From NCBI GenBank assembly GCA_963743755.1, contig CAVUQU010000002.1, positions 255,276-319,275 of the forward strand: a stretch of DNA of 64,000 bases, in the 5' to 3' direction. A model generated the notes under the pieces. That model ran no database searches and was not told the origin of the DNA. It saw nothing but the letters and a program-made list of their open reading frames with translations. Shown here one piece after another: positions 54,254 through 64,000 of the stretch (the first letter of the stretch is position 1; each line of letters starts with the position of its first letter). The position numbers and the translations under genes were made by a program. The DNA is from an uncultured bacterium. GTDB lineage: Bacteria; Acidobacteriota; Aminicenantia; Aminicenantales; Saccharicenantaceae.

Positions 54254-55294
54254 ATGGACCGGCAGGGATTCAGGAAGACGCTCTCCGAATACAGCATCTG
54301 GGGCTTCGCGTTCGGCTATTTCGCCTGTTACATCCCCTACAGCCTGATGACGAAGATCATGAGCAAGGGATTGCTGTCTTCGCTCCACGGACGGTCGCTC
54401 GACGGCTTCGTCATCCTGCCCGTCGTCGCCGTCGCCACGCTGCTGACCATGATCCTCGTCATCAGCCTCCTCGGCTGGTGGAAGTACGCCACCCATTCGA
54501 AGATCTTCGGCCTGTCGGTGCCGCGCCCGACGAAATGGACGTTCCTGTCCGGGCTCTTCACGTCGCTCATCATCGGGACGACGACGCTGGCCTACACCTT
54601 CGAGGGCGTCAGCATCGTCCTGGCGATGATCCTCATGCGGGGCGGCGTCCTCATCACCGGCCCGATCGTCGACGCCGGCACCAGGCGGAAGGTCCGCTGG
54701 TACTCCTGGGCCGGCTTCGCCGGGGCGTGCCTGGCCCTGCTGCTCAACGTTCGGGACACCCGGGGCCTCCGCATCCCCCTGGCCCTGGGCCTGGTCATCC
54801 TGGTCTACATCGCCAGCTATTTCATGCGCTTCCAGTTCATGAGCCGCAACGCCAAGTCGGAGCGGCGGGACGTGAACCTGCGCTACTTCGTCGAGGAGAC
54901 CATGGTCTCGACGCCGATGCTGGTCATCATCCTGGCGCTCTTCACTCTGCTCGGCGGCAAGGTCGGGGCCGACGTCCGGCTGGGCTGGACGGCGCATTGG
55001 AACCAGCCCTACCTCTGGGCGCTCGCCCTGATCGGGGTGATGTCGCAGGGAACCGGATTTTTCGGGACCCTGGTCTTCCTGGACTGCCGGGAGAACACCT
55101 ACTGCATCCCGGTCAACCGGGCCTCCAGCGTCCTGGCGGGGGTAGCCGCGTCGATGCTCCTGACGCTCTTCCCGGGTCAGAGGCTCCCGGCGACGGCGGA
55201 ATTCATCGGCGCGGGCGTGATGATCGTCTCGATCCTCTTCCTGAGCATCCCGCCGCTCGTCCAGGCGCGGCGCAGGAAAAGAACGGAGGGCTAA
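54254..55294 (+). CDS. polytopic membrane protein (about 10 TM), hypothetical
   Basis: 346 aa and highly hydrophobic. Its start is 11 nt after the previous stop, so the two genes are likely co-transcribed. Confidence 0.55.
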   Translation: MDRQGFRKTLSEYSIWGFAFGYFACYIPYSLMTKIMSKGLLSSLHGRSLDGFVILPVVAVATLLTMILVISLLGWWKYATHSKIFGLSVPRPTKWTFLSGLFTSLIIGTTTLAYTFEGVSIVLAMILMRGGVLITGPIVDAGTRRKVRWYSWAGFAGACLALLLNVRDTRGLRIPLALGLVILVYIASYFMRFQFMSRNAKSERRDVNLRYFVEETMVSTPMLVIILALFTLLGGKVGADVRLGWTAHWNQPYLWALALIGVMSQGTGFFGTLVFLDCRENTYCIPVNRASSVLAGVAASMLLTLFPGQRLPATAEFIGAGVMIVSILFLSIPPLVQARRRKRTEG

Positions 55295-56105
55295 TAGAGC
55301 ACCGCCGCCTCTCCCTTGGCGGCGACCAGGGCCTCGAAATGGGCGACGATCTTGTCGCGCCGGGCCATGACCCCCTTGACCTCGGGCGGCCTCAGGAAGC
55401 GTTTCGTCCGGGCCGTCACTTCCACCGGATCGAGCTTGCGCAGCCGGTCGAGGAGCTCGCGGCTGCACCGGACCAGGGCCTTGGGATTGTCGAGGCCTTT
55501 TTCCAGGCGGAAGGCCCGGGTGAAGTCGATCATGTAGATCTCCCAGTTCGGGCCTACGAGGACGTTCACCGCGTTCCGGTCGGTGTCGCGGACGAGCTGG
55601 CTGAAGACGGCCATGTCGGACATCTGGGCGTTCCAGGCGACGGGATCGGGGGAGCGATCTTCTCTGCGAGCCGCGTCAGCTCGTCGAACTGGGCCGGGAG
55701 CCACCAGGACAGGCAGCCGCGCTCCCCGAAGAGCTCCCGCTCCACGGACACCGGCATCATCCTCTCGAGCCCCAGCAGCGTCGCCAGCTCGTAGGCGGCC
55801 AGATTATAGAGGTAGGAGTCGACGAAGTTCAGCTCGATCCGGCCCATGACCTCCATGGAGCTGCGCCGGTCGTCGACGGATTGGAACAGGGCATCGTGCG
55901 TGATCGTGCCGTCGCTCAGGGTGCAGCGCCGGGGCGCGGTGACGCCCTCGCCGGTCACCCGGCTCGAAACGAGCTTCGCCGTTCGCAGAAATTCTTTCTG
56001 CTGCTCGACCGTGAGCCGCGGTTCCTCCTGCGCGCCGGAGGCGAAAGCGACCGCGAGGGCCGCCAGGCCGACCGAGAGGACGACGAGAGACCGGAAACTC
56101 TTCAT
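55291..56105 (-). CDS. secreted hypothetical protein; frameshift near 55650
   Basis: Signal peptide MKSFRSLVVLSVGLAALAVAFASGAQE in ORF 55566..57008 (internal start at 56105). It continues in the frame of ORF 55291..55704. Confidence 0.45.
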
Positions 56106-56285
56106 GACCCCCTCCTCATTCCCTCTCATTGTACGACGGAGAGCCGCCGGCTGGCAAGCGGAGCCGGGCGCCGCGGAAAGGAGGTCGTGCGCCGGCCCGG
56201 CATTGACACGGCCGGACGGGCAGGATAAATTGCCCTTGTGATCGAGACGGATCTGAAATCGCGGACGGGGCGAAAGGACGCACGC

Positions 56286-57050
56286 ATGGACCCAGTCGAT
56301 AGCCTCAGGAAACAGGGACTTTTCATCACCATCGACGCCAACATCGGGGCGGGCAAGACCAACGCCTGCCACGCCATCGGCTCGGCCGCCACGGCCACGG
56401 GCTGGCCGACCCGGATCATCGAGGAGCCGACCCACCACCCCAAGTTCGCCCATTTCCTCCATCACTACTACGACGACCTGCGCACGGGGACCAACACCGG
56501 CGGCGGCTTCTCGATGCAGATGTTCATGCTCTGCCAGCGCTACGAGCAGCACCGGCTGGCCGTCGAGCTGGCCTGGGGCCCGCAGGGCCAGGTCGTGATC
56601 CAGGACCGGCCGATCTACGGCGACACCGTGTTCGCCACGACCGCCATGGAGCGCGGCTTCATGACCCCCCAGGAGTTCGAGCTGTACGTCGACGTCTTCC
56701 GCAACATGAGCCGCGACGTGATGCCGCCCGACGTCTTCGTCTACCTCGACGTCCCGCCCGAAGAGTGCTACCGGAGGATGAGCAGCCGGGCCCGGGAGCA
56801 GGAGGAGGGCGTGCCGCTCGACTACCTGCAGCACCTCGACAAGAACTACAAGCTGCTGATCCAGGAGATGCGGCGGCGGGGCGTCCGGGTGATGGTGATC
56901 GACTGGAACGAGTTCGGGCCGCCCGTCGACGTGTGGAAGCAGATCCTGCGGATGGCGATGTCGGCCGACTCCTGGTACGAGCAGCTGGCCTTCTCCTTCG
57001 CCAAGCACCCGCGCCTGCCGGTGATGCCGGGAAGCGGCGAAGTCAAGTAG
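56286..57050 (+). CDS. deoxynucleoside kinase (dAK/dGK/dCK family)
   Basis: ITIDANIGAGKT P-loop and DRP motif (VIQDRPIYGD), 254 aa from ATG 56286. Confidence 0.8.
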   Translation: MDPVDSLRKQGLFITIDANIGAGKTNACHAIGSAATATGWPTRIIEEPTHHPKFAHFLHHYYDDLRTGTNTGGGFSMQMFMLCQRYEQHRLAVELAWGPQGQVVIQDRPIYGDTVFATTAMERGFMTPQEFELYVDVFRNMSRDVMPPDVFVYLDVPPEECYRRMSSRAREQEEGVPLDYLQHLDKNYKLLIQEMRRRGVRVMVIDWNEFGPPVDVWKQILRMAMSADSWYEQLAFSFAKHPRLPVMPGSGEVK

Positions 57051-57055
57051 CGCCC

Positions 57056-57481
57056 ATGGCCGACCGGAAGAAGGACCTGCTGGCGGCGGCCCGGAAGGCC
57101 CGCGGCCGTGCCTATGCGCCCTACTCGGGCTTCCCCGTGGGCGCGGCCGTGCTCGGCGCGAACGGCCGGATCTACGGCGGCTGCAACGTCGAGAACGCCT
57201 CCCTGGGGCTGACCTGCTGCGCCGAGCGCAACGCCATCTTCGCCATGGTCGCGGCGGGGGAGAGAGAGGTCCGGGAGGTCCTGGTCGTCGGCGACACCGC
57301 GGAGGCCCTTCCGCCCTGCGGCGCCTGCCGGCAGGTCCTGGCCGAGTTCGCGCGGCCCTCGGCCGTCGTCCACATGTGCGACCGGACGGGCGCCGGCCGG
57401 TCCGTCACCGTGGCGGAGCTCCTGCCCCACGTCTTCCGCCTGAAGAAAAAGCGGCCCGCCCGGGCGCGAAGCCGTGCATGA
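57056..57481 (+). CDS. cdd: cytidine deaminase
   Basis: CAERNA..PCGACRQ zinc-binding motifs, 141 aa. Confidence 0.85.
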   Translation: MADRKKDLLAAARKARGRAYAPYSGFPVGAAVLGANGRIYGGCNVENASLGLTCCAERNAIFAMVAAGEREVREVLVVGDTAEALPPCGACRQVLAEFARPSAVVHMCDRTGAGRSVTVAELLPHVFRLKKKRPARARSRA

Positions 57482-57500
57482 CCCCTCGGGAGGGAGAGCG

Positions 57501-58199
57501 ATGAACGACCTGAGCCGTGAGGCGCTCGTCCGGATGATCGACCACACCGAGCTCCGCGCCCAGGCCGGCGAGAAGAGGATCGCCGAGCTCTGCCGCGAGG
57601 CCCGGGCCTTCGCCTTCCGCACCGTCTGCGTCAACGGCGCCCAGGCCCGTTTCGCCGCCGCGGAGCTCGAAGGAAGCGGTGTCCTCGTCTGCGTCGTGGC
57701 CGGCTTCCCGCTCGGCGCGGCGACGAGCGCGGCCAAGGCCTTCGAAGCGGGGGAGGCCGTCCGCAACGGCGCCGCCGAGATCGACATGGTCCTCAACATC
57801 GGGGCGCTCAAGGACGGAAGGCACGGCCTCGTCCGGGACGACATTCGGGCCGTGGTCGAGGCCGGCCGGCCGGCCCTGGTCAAGGTCATCCTGGAGACGT
57901 GTTACCTGACGGACGACGAGATCATCGCCGGCTGCCGTCTCGCCGTCGAAGCCGGGGCCGGGTACGTCAAGACCTCGACCGGCTTCGGGCCCGCCGGCGC
58001 CTTAGCGGACCATGTCCGGCTCATGCGCCGGACCGTGGGCCCGGAGATCGGGGTCAAGGCCGCGGGCGGGATCCGGACATTCGATGACGCCTGGCGGATG
58101 ATCCGGGCCGGGGCCTCGCGCCTGGGCCTGAGCGCCAGCGTGGCGGTCGTCGAAGGATTGTCGCATTACAAGTTCGATCCCGACGACGAGGGATCCTGA
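57501..58199 (+). CDS. deoC: deoxyribose-phosphate aldolase
   Basis: VCVNG; VKVILET; GYVKTSTGF Schiff-base lysine region. GGGAGGGA SD. Confidence 0.85.
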   Translation: MNDLSREALVRMIDHTELRAQAGEKRIAELCREARAFAFRTVCVNGAQARFAAAELEGSGVLVCVVAGFPLGAATSAAKAFEAGEAVRNGAAEIDMVLNIGALKDGRHGLVRDDIRAVVEAGRPALVKVILETCYLTDDEIIAGCRLAVEAGAGYVKTSTGFGPAGALADHVRLMRRTVGPEIGVKAAGGIRTFDDAWRMIRAGASRLGLSASVAVVEGLSHYKFDPDDEGS

Positions 58200-58215
58200 G
58201 GGCCGGGAGAACCCG

Positions 58216-59554
58216 ATGACAGGCGGCATGTACGAGATCATCTCCAAGAAGCGCGACGGGGGCGAGCTCACGAGGGAGGAGATCGCGTTCGTCGTCTCCG
58301 GATGCGCCGGCGGCGGGATCCCCGACGAGCAGATCGCGGCCTGGCTGATGGCCGTGTACATCCGCGGCCTGAACGGGCGGGAGACGGCCGACCTCACGGA
58401 GACCATGCTCGACTCCGGCGGCCGCATCAGTCTGGACGGCCTGCCCGGGCCGAAGATCGACAAGCACAGCACCGGAGGCGTCGGCGACAAGATCAGCTTC
58501 GTCGTCGCGCCGCTCGTCGCCGCCTGCGGCGTCCGCGTGCCCATGCTCTCCGGCCGGGGACTGGGCCATACCGGCGGCACCCTCGACAAGCTCGAGGCCG
58601 TTCCGGGGATGAACGTCTTCCTGACGCCCGCGGAGTTCCGGCGGGTGCTGGCCGGGACCGGCATGGCCATCTGCGGCCAGACGGACGAGATCGTGCCGGC
58701 CGACAGGAAGCTCTACGCGCTTCGCGACGCCACGGCCACGGTCGGCAGCATCCCGCTCATCGCCTCCTCGATCATGAGCAAGAAGCTGGCCCTGGGGACA
58801 GACGGCATCGTCCTCGACGTGAAGACCGGCCGCGGCGCCTTCATGACGGACGAGCGCGACGCCCTGGACTTGTGCCGGACCATGGTCGCCATCGGCGAGA
58901 AGACCGGCCGGCCGACGGTCGGGCTCATCTCGGCCATGGACCAGCCCCTCGGCCGGGCCGTGGGCAACGGCCTGGAGATCGCCGAATCCGTGGCGACCCT
59001 CAAGGGGCAAGGGCCCGGACGACGTCCTGGAGGTCTCATTCGCCCTGGGCGAGTGCATGCTGACGATGGCGGGACGGACGGCGACCGGCGCGGAGGCGGG
59101 CAGGATGCTCCGCGAGGCCGTCGACTCGGGCCGGGCCCTCGACGTCTTCCGCCGTTTCCTCGCCGCCCAGGGCGGCGATCCCCGGGTCTGCGACGATCCG
59201 GCCCGCCTCCCGGCGGCCGCGCTGCGGACGGAATTCCTGGCTCCCCGCTCCGGCTTCATCGAGGCCATCGACGCGTTCGAGGTCGGCATGGCCGCGATCG
59301 ACACCGGCGCCGGCCGCAAGAGAAAGGAAGACGCCGTCGCCCCCGGCGCGGGCTTCGTCTTCCAGGCCAAGATCGGCGACCCCGTCGAGAAGGGCCGGCC
59401 GGTCGTCGCCGTCCACAGCGACCGTCCCGACAGGCTGCCGGAGGTCCTGGAGCGCCTGGCCGGGGCGATCCGGATCGGACCCGGCCCCGTCGCCGCGCCG
59501 AAGCTCATCCGTCACCTGGTGGACAGGAACGGCGTCCATCCCTGGGCCGGCTGA
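58216..59554 (+). CDS. deoA: pyrimidine-nucleoside (thymidine) phosphorylase; frameshift near 59010
   Basis: DKHSTGGVGDK; SGRGLGHTGGTLDKLE. The C-terminal domain continues in the frame of ORF 59057..59554 after an extra G in the GGGCCC run. Confidence 0.85.
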
Positions 59555-59569
59555 GATGCGGCTCGGCCT

Positions 59570-60919
59570 CTAGCCGAGAAGGATCCCGGCCAGCGTCGCC
59601 GTCATCAGAGTGGCCAGCGCACCGCCCAGGACCGCTTTCAGGCCCAGAGCCGCGATGTCCTTGCGGCGGTGAGGGGCCATCGGGGAGATCCCGCCGATCT
59701 GGATGGCGATCGACGAGAAGTTGGCGAAGCCGCACAGGGCGTAGGTGGCCATGGTGATGCCCTTGGGGGTCAGGGCCCCCTGCTTGATCAGGCCGACGAG
59801 ATCGACGTAGGCCACGAACTCGTTCAGGGCGATCTTGGTCCCGAAGAGACTGCCGAAGTGGAACGCATCGGAGGCCGGGACGCCGATCCCGATGGCGAGA
59901 TAGCGCAGGATCACGCCGAAGACGAGCTGGAGCGAGAGGGGCTGGCCGTAGTGCGCCGTGAGGTAGGCGTTGATATGGACCAGGTCGCCCAGTCCCGTCA
60001 GCATGTAGTTGATCATCGCGATGCAGGGCGATGAAGGCCAGCAGCATGGCGCCCACGTTCAGGGCCAGGTGCATGCCGTCGAGGCGCCGCTGGCCGCCGC
60101 CTCGATGACGTTGGAGGCGTTCTTCTCCACCTTCAGCCGCACCGTGCCCTTGGTCACCGGGTCGCCCGTCTCGGGGTAGAGGACCTTGGCGATGACGAGC
60201 GAGGCCGGGGCGGCCATGACGCTGGCGGAGAGCAGCTGGACGGCGAAGCGCAGCTGGGCTTCGGCGAGGGGGATCTTCTGGACGTCGGCCAGGGCCTGGC
60301 CGAGCATCTGGATATAGGCGGCCATGACGCCGCCGGCGATCGTGGCCATGCCGCCGACCATCACGGTCAGGATCTCGGAGTTGGTCATGGCGCCGATGTA
60401 GGGCTTGATGAGCAGGGGCGCCTCGGTCTGGCCGACGAAGATGTTGGCCGTGTTGGAGAGCGATTCGGCCCCGCTCGTGCCCATGAGCTTGGCCATGACC
60501 CAGGCCATGCCCCGGACCACGGCCTGCAGGATGCCCAGGTAGTAGAGGACCGAGGTCAGCGTCGCGACGAAGATGATCGTCGGCAGGACCTGGAAGGCGA
60601 AATAAACGCCCAAGCTGTCGGGACCCGAGTTGACGGCCAGCCGGCCGAAGACGAATTGGGAGCCCGCGGCCGTGAAGTTCAGCAGGCTGACCACGGCGCC
60701 GCCCAGCCAGGAGATCAGGAGCTTCGGCCAGCCCAGCGGGGCGAACCAGGCGCTGAGCCTGTCGCTGTAGAGAATGAAGATGGCGAAGACCACCTGGAGG
60801 CCGATACCGGCCCCGACCAGCCGCCAGCTGATGCGGCGACGGTTGTTGGAGAAGAGAATGGCCAGGCCCAGGATGAGGGTCAAGCCCAGGATCCCTCGGA
60901 GGAGCGATGTCATGTTCAT
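59570..60919 (-). CDS. nupC: NupC/CNT-family concentrative nucleoside transporter; frameshift near 60040
   Basis: N-terminal MNMTSLLRGILGL..; CNT core GQTEAPLLIKPY, and C-terminal GFANFSSIAIQIGG. It is split into ORFs 60059..60919 and 59570..60016. Confidence 0.8.
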
Positions 60920-60922
60920 CGG

Positions 60923-62148
60923 TCACCTGCTGTCCGCTCGCGCGAATTGTCTCTCGATCTTCTCGTAGTAGGCGATGACCCGGTGCGTGTACTCCCGCTT
61001 TTCGAGATAGGTCCCGGGGAAAAAGCTCCGCTTGAAGCCGTAGATGATGAAGTTCTTGAGCTCGTGCGGGTTCAGCCGGAAGGCCCGGACCGCCTTGCAG
61101 ATCTCGTCGCTGACCGTCGTGTTCGAGACCGTCCGGTTGTCGGTGCAGAACGTGGCCGACATCCGGGCCGCGCGCATGTGCCGGAACGAGTGCTGGGACA
61201 GGCGGCGGATGGCGGGATGCGTCTGCAGGTTCGAGGTCAGGCAGACCTCGATGGTGATGCGCCGGTCGGCGATGAACTGGACCAGATTGGCGACGTAGGC
61301 CTTCTTGTCCTTGATCTCCGGGCTCTTGATCATGTCGGCGTCGAAGAGGTGCAGGGCGTGGCCGAGGCGGTCGGCGTGGAGGTCGGTGATGGCCTGGAAG
61401 ATGCTCTCCGGCCCGTAGGCCTCGCCGGCGTGGACGGTCTTCTTCAGGAAGTTCTTATGAGCCAGGGCGTAGGAGGCGGCGTGGTCTTCGGCCGGGAACC
61501 CGGCCTCGGCCCCGGCCAGGTCGAAGCCGACGATCGGCAGGCCGAGACTCCGTCCGGGCCTCCACGGCCGCCCGGACCAGCTCCTGCGAGGCCAGGGCGA
61601 AGACCTCCTTGCGGCTGCAGTGGGCGTGCACGCCGAGCAGGGCGTCGTAATAGTCGGAGAAGCCGGCGTCGAACATGCGCAGGGCGCAGGCGATGATGCC
61701 GTATTCGAAGGGCGGCTCGGCGCCGCGGACCACCTCGGCGCGGGCGTTGAATTCCGCCTTGGCCCGGGCCAGGCCGCGGTCGAGCGCGGCCATGGCCTCG
61801 ATGCCGGTCAGCCGGGCGTTCTGGTGCAGCTGGGGCGCGAAGCGGACCTCGATGTAGCGGACGCCTTCGGCCTGGTTGTCCAGGGCCAGCTCGTAGCCCG
61901 CGCGCTCCAGGGCGGGCCCGGTCTGCAGGACCGCCGTCATGTACCTGAAGCCCTTGAGGTACTCGGTCAGGCCGGAGTATTTGCGTCTTGAAGACCGTCC
62001 GGCGCAGCCCCCGCTCGTCGGAAGCCGGAAGCCGGACGCCGTGCTCCCGGGCCAGATCGATCAGCGTGGCCAGGCGGAGCGAGCCGTCCAGGTGCAGGTG
62101 CAGGTCGGTCTTGGGGATGGCCCGGATGAAGGCGGGGCTGATGGTCAT
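60923..62148 (-). CDS. add: adenosine deaminase; about 2 frameshifts
   Basis: N-terminal IPKTDLHLHLDGS (HxHxDG zinc site). C-terminal TDNRTVSNTTVSDE..CLTSNLQT in ORF 60923..61333, with the middle in ORF 61455..61940. Confidence 0.8.
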
Positions 62149-62711
62149 GAGGCGTTTTCCTCGTAGATGATCCGCGCGATCTCGGGCTTGTGGCGTGCGA
62201 TCTCGTCGCGGGTGAGGCCGTTCAGCTCGTGGGGGAAGACGAGCCAGCGGTCGGTCTCGTGGATGAAGTAGTCGGGCGGCCGCCCGGTCCGGTTGTTGCC
62301 GGGCTTGAAATAGACGGTGGCCACGCGGAGGTCGTGGGGCGTGTTGCGCCGCGAGAGCCGGCCCAGGGTGTCGACGACGGCCTTGATGCTCAGCCCGGTG
62401 TCGTAGACGTCGTCCACGATGAGCAGGCTGTCCGAGGCCTCGGCCTTGTCGACGATGTAATTGAGGCCGTGGACGCGGATCGTCTCGTTCTGCCGCTCGA
62501 TGCCCTCGTAGGCGGAGGTCCGGATGGCGATGTGGTCGCTCCGGATGCCGAAATGCTCGAACAGCTCCTGGACGGCGATGCCGACCGGCGTGCCGCCCCG
62601 CCAGATGCCGACGATGAAATCGGGCTTGAATCCGCTCCGCAGGACCTTGAGCCCCAGCCGGAAGGAATCGTCCAGCAGCTCCTGGGCCTGGATGTACCGT
62701 TTTTCAGACAT
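62145..62711 (-). CDS. purine phosphoribosyltransferase (type I PRTase)
   Basis: PRPP-binding motif LLIVDDVYDTGLS. Its stop overlaps the add start. Confidence 0.65.
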   Translation of the reverse strand: MSEKRYIQAQELLDDSFRLGLKVLRSGFKPDFIVGIWRGGTPVGIAVQELFEHFGIRSDHIAIRTSAYEGIERQNETIRVHGLNYIVDKAEASDSLLIVDDVYDTGLSIKAVVDTLGRLSRRNTPHDLRVATVYFKPGNNRTGRPPDYFIHETDRWLVFPHELNGLTRDEIARHKPEIARIIYEENAS

Positions 62712-62731
62712 GGGCGTTCTCCGGTCCGGCC

Positions 62732-63370
62732 TCAGCGTCCGCCGGGCCCCTCCTCGAGGAGCTTCTGGCGGATCAGCGTGACGACGAGGGCGGTGGAGAC
62801 GGGATTGTGGCCCTCGGGGATGATGATGTCGGCGTACTTGCGGCTCGGCTCGACGAAGGCGGTGTGCATAGGCCGCACCGTCTCCAGGTACTGGGCGACG
62901 ACCGAGTCGAGGCTCCGTCCCCGCTCCTGGATGTCGCGCTTCAGCCGGCGGATGAAGCGCAGGTCGCCGTCGGTGTCCACGAAGATCTTGAGGGCCATCA
63001 GGTCGCGCAGGGCCCGGTCGCAGAAGATCAGGATGCCTTCGACGATGATGACCATGGCCGGATCCAGGGACACGCCCGTGGGCCGCCGGGTGTGGGTGGT
63101 GAAATCGTAGACCGGTACCTCGACGGGCCGGCCGGCGGCGAGCGCCTCGAGGTGCCGTACCAGCAGATCGGTCTCCAGGGCGTCGGGGTGGTCGAAGTTG
63201 ATCCGGGCCCTCTCGGCGGGCGGCAGGCCTCCCGCGTCCTTGTAGTAGGCGTCGTGCTGGATCAACGCGATCCGGAAGGGGTCGATGGCGGCGATGATGG
63301 CGTTGGCGATGGTCGTTTTGCCCGAGCCCGTGCCCCCGGCGACGCCGATGATGAGGGGCTTGTTCGTCAC
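62732..63370 (-). CDS. udk: uridine kinase
   Basis: IIGVAGGTGSGKTT P-loop, then DxY and FVDTD motifs. The GTG start at 63370 is chosen because the longer ORF-track start (63757) overlaps the divergent downstream gene. Confidence 0.8.
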   Translation of the reverse strand: MTNKPLIIGVAGGTGSGKTTIANAIIAAIDPFRIALIQHDAYYKDAGGLPPAERARINFDHPDALETDLLVRHLEALAAGRPVEVPVYDFTTHTRRPTGVSLDPAMVIIVEGILIFCDRALRDLMALKIFVDTDGDLRFIRRLKRDIQERGRSLDSVVAQYLETVRPMHTAFVEPSRKYADIIIPEGHNPVSTALVVTLIRQKLLEEGPGGR

Positions 63371-63551
63371 GGCGGCATGATAGCACAAGGCCGGCACCGA
63401 GGGAATGCCGGCCGGCCGTTTTTCCGGCCGGACCGGCGATTTCGGGGGGTCCGCAGGGCCCCAAAAAAAGAATTTTTTGATATTGATTTTTTCCGTTCGG
63501 AAGGCTAATATCCTCTTCTCCAATTCGCGAATACAGAAAGAGGAGTTTTCC

Positions 63552-64000
63552 ATGAAAAGGCTTGTTCTAGCGCTGTTTTTGGTCTGCCTGGTCCTGGCCG
63601 GATCGGGCCTGGCCCAGAGCGTCACGACCGCGTCCTTCAACGGGACGGTCGTCGACACCGACGGCAAGGCGCTCCCCGGCGCCTCGATCAAGGCCGTCCA
63701 TGTCCCCTCCGGAAGCGTCTTCACGGCGGTGACCCGCGCGGACGGCACGTTCGACATCCTCTACGCCAAGGTCGGCGGCCCCTACACCATCACCGCCGAG
63801 CTGCCCGGATTCAACCCCTCGACGCTGAGCGACATCACCGTCAAGCTGGGTGAGATCCGCAGCCTGAAGTTCAGCCTGAAACAGGCGACGATCGAGGAAC
63901 AGGTCACCGTCACGGCCCCGAACCCGATCATCAGCCAGTCCCGGACGGGCGCCTCGATGAACGTCGGCACGACGGTCATCGAGAGCATGCCGACGCTCGG
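63552..64000 (+). CDS. TonB-dependent receptor (N-terminal carboxypeptidase-regulatory-like domain), 5' partial at the window edge
   Basis: AGAGGAG SD, signal peptide MKRLVLALFLVCLVLAGSGLAQ, then SVTTASFNGTVVDTDGKALPGASIKAV..YTITAELPGF, typical of CarbopepD_reg-TBDR proteins. The frame runs off the window. Confidence 0.7.
   Translation, partial: MKRLVLALFLVCLVLAGSGLAQSVTTASFNGTVVDTDGKALPGASIKAVHVPSGSVFTAVTRADGTFDILYAKVGGPYTITAELPGFNPSTLSDITVKLGEIRSLKFSLKQATIEEQVTVTAPNPIISQSRTGASMNVGTTVIESMPTL

Overview
This is a high-GC (roughly 65-70%) bacterial chromosomal segment; the gene content (Tat-secreted enzymes, a TonB-dependent receptor with a carboxypeptidase-regulatory-like N-terminus) suggests an Acidobacteria-like lineage, but that is inference only. 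Positions 1-23.8 kb carry conserved housekeeping genes: an M24 peptidase, tRNA-Gln, nrdR, hsp20, lon, thiL, htrA, tmk, PBP1A (mrcA), an HDAC-family deacetylase, a sodium:solute symporter, smc and a tonB-like gene. tRNA-Thr(CGT) at 23.84 kb is followed 1.77 kb downstream by a 48-nt direct repeat of its own 3' half. After the tRNA a lower-GC (about 54-63%) accessory block runs to about 47 kb. It contains a truncated Ser/Thr kinase, a CopB-type (CPH motif, His-rich) P1B ATPase, a DUF3857/transglutaminase-like membrane protein, an SPFH protein, a roughly 9.2-kb cyclic beta-1,2-glucan synthase gene, a CheB/CheR-PAS fusion and a PAS-GAF-GGDEF cyclase. From 47.4 kb to the end lie a PadR module, an AsmA-like/GT51 transglycosylase fusion, and a tight nucleoside uptake/salvage cluster (dNK, cdd, deoC, pdp, nupC, add, PRTase, udk) next to a TonB-dependent receptor gene. 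A dominant technical feature is that well over 25 single-base frameshifts interrupt otherwise conserved genes (htrA, mrcA, smc, HDAC, symporter, copB, cgs, pdp, nupC, add and others). These are far more likely uncorrected indel errors in the assembly than real pseudogenes. Gene calls below therefore span the reconstructed full genes. No CRISPR array, rRNA, integrase or transposase was found.
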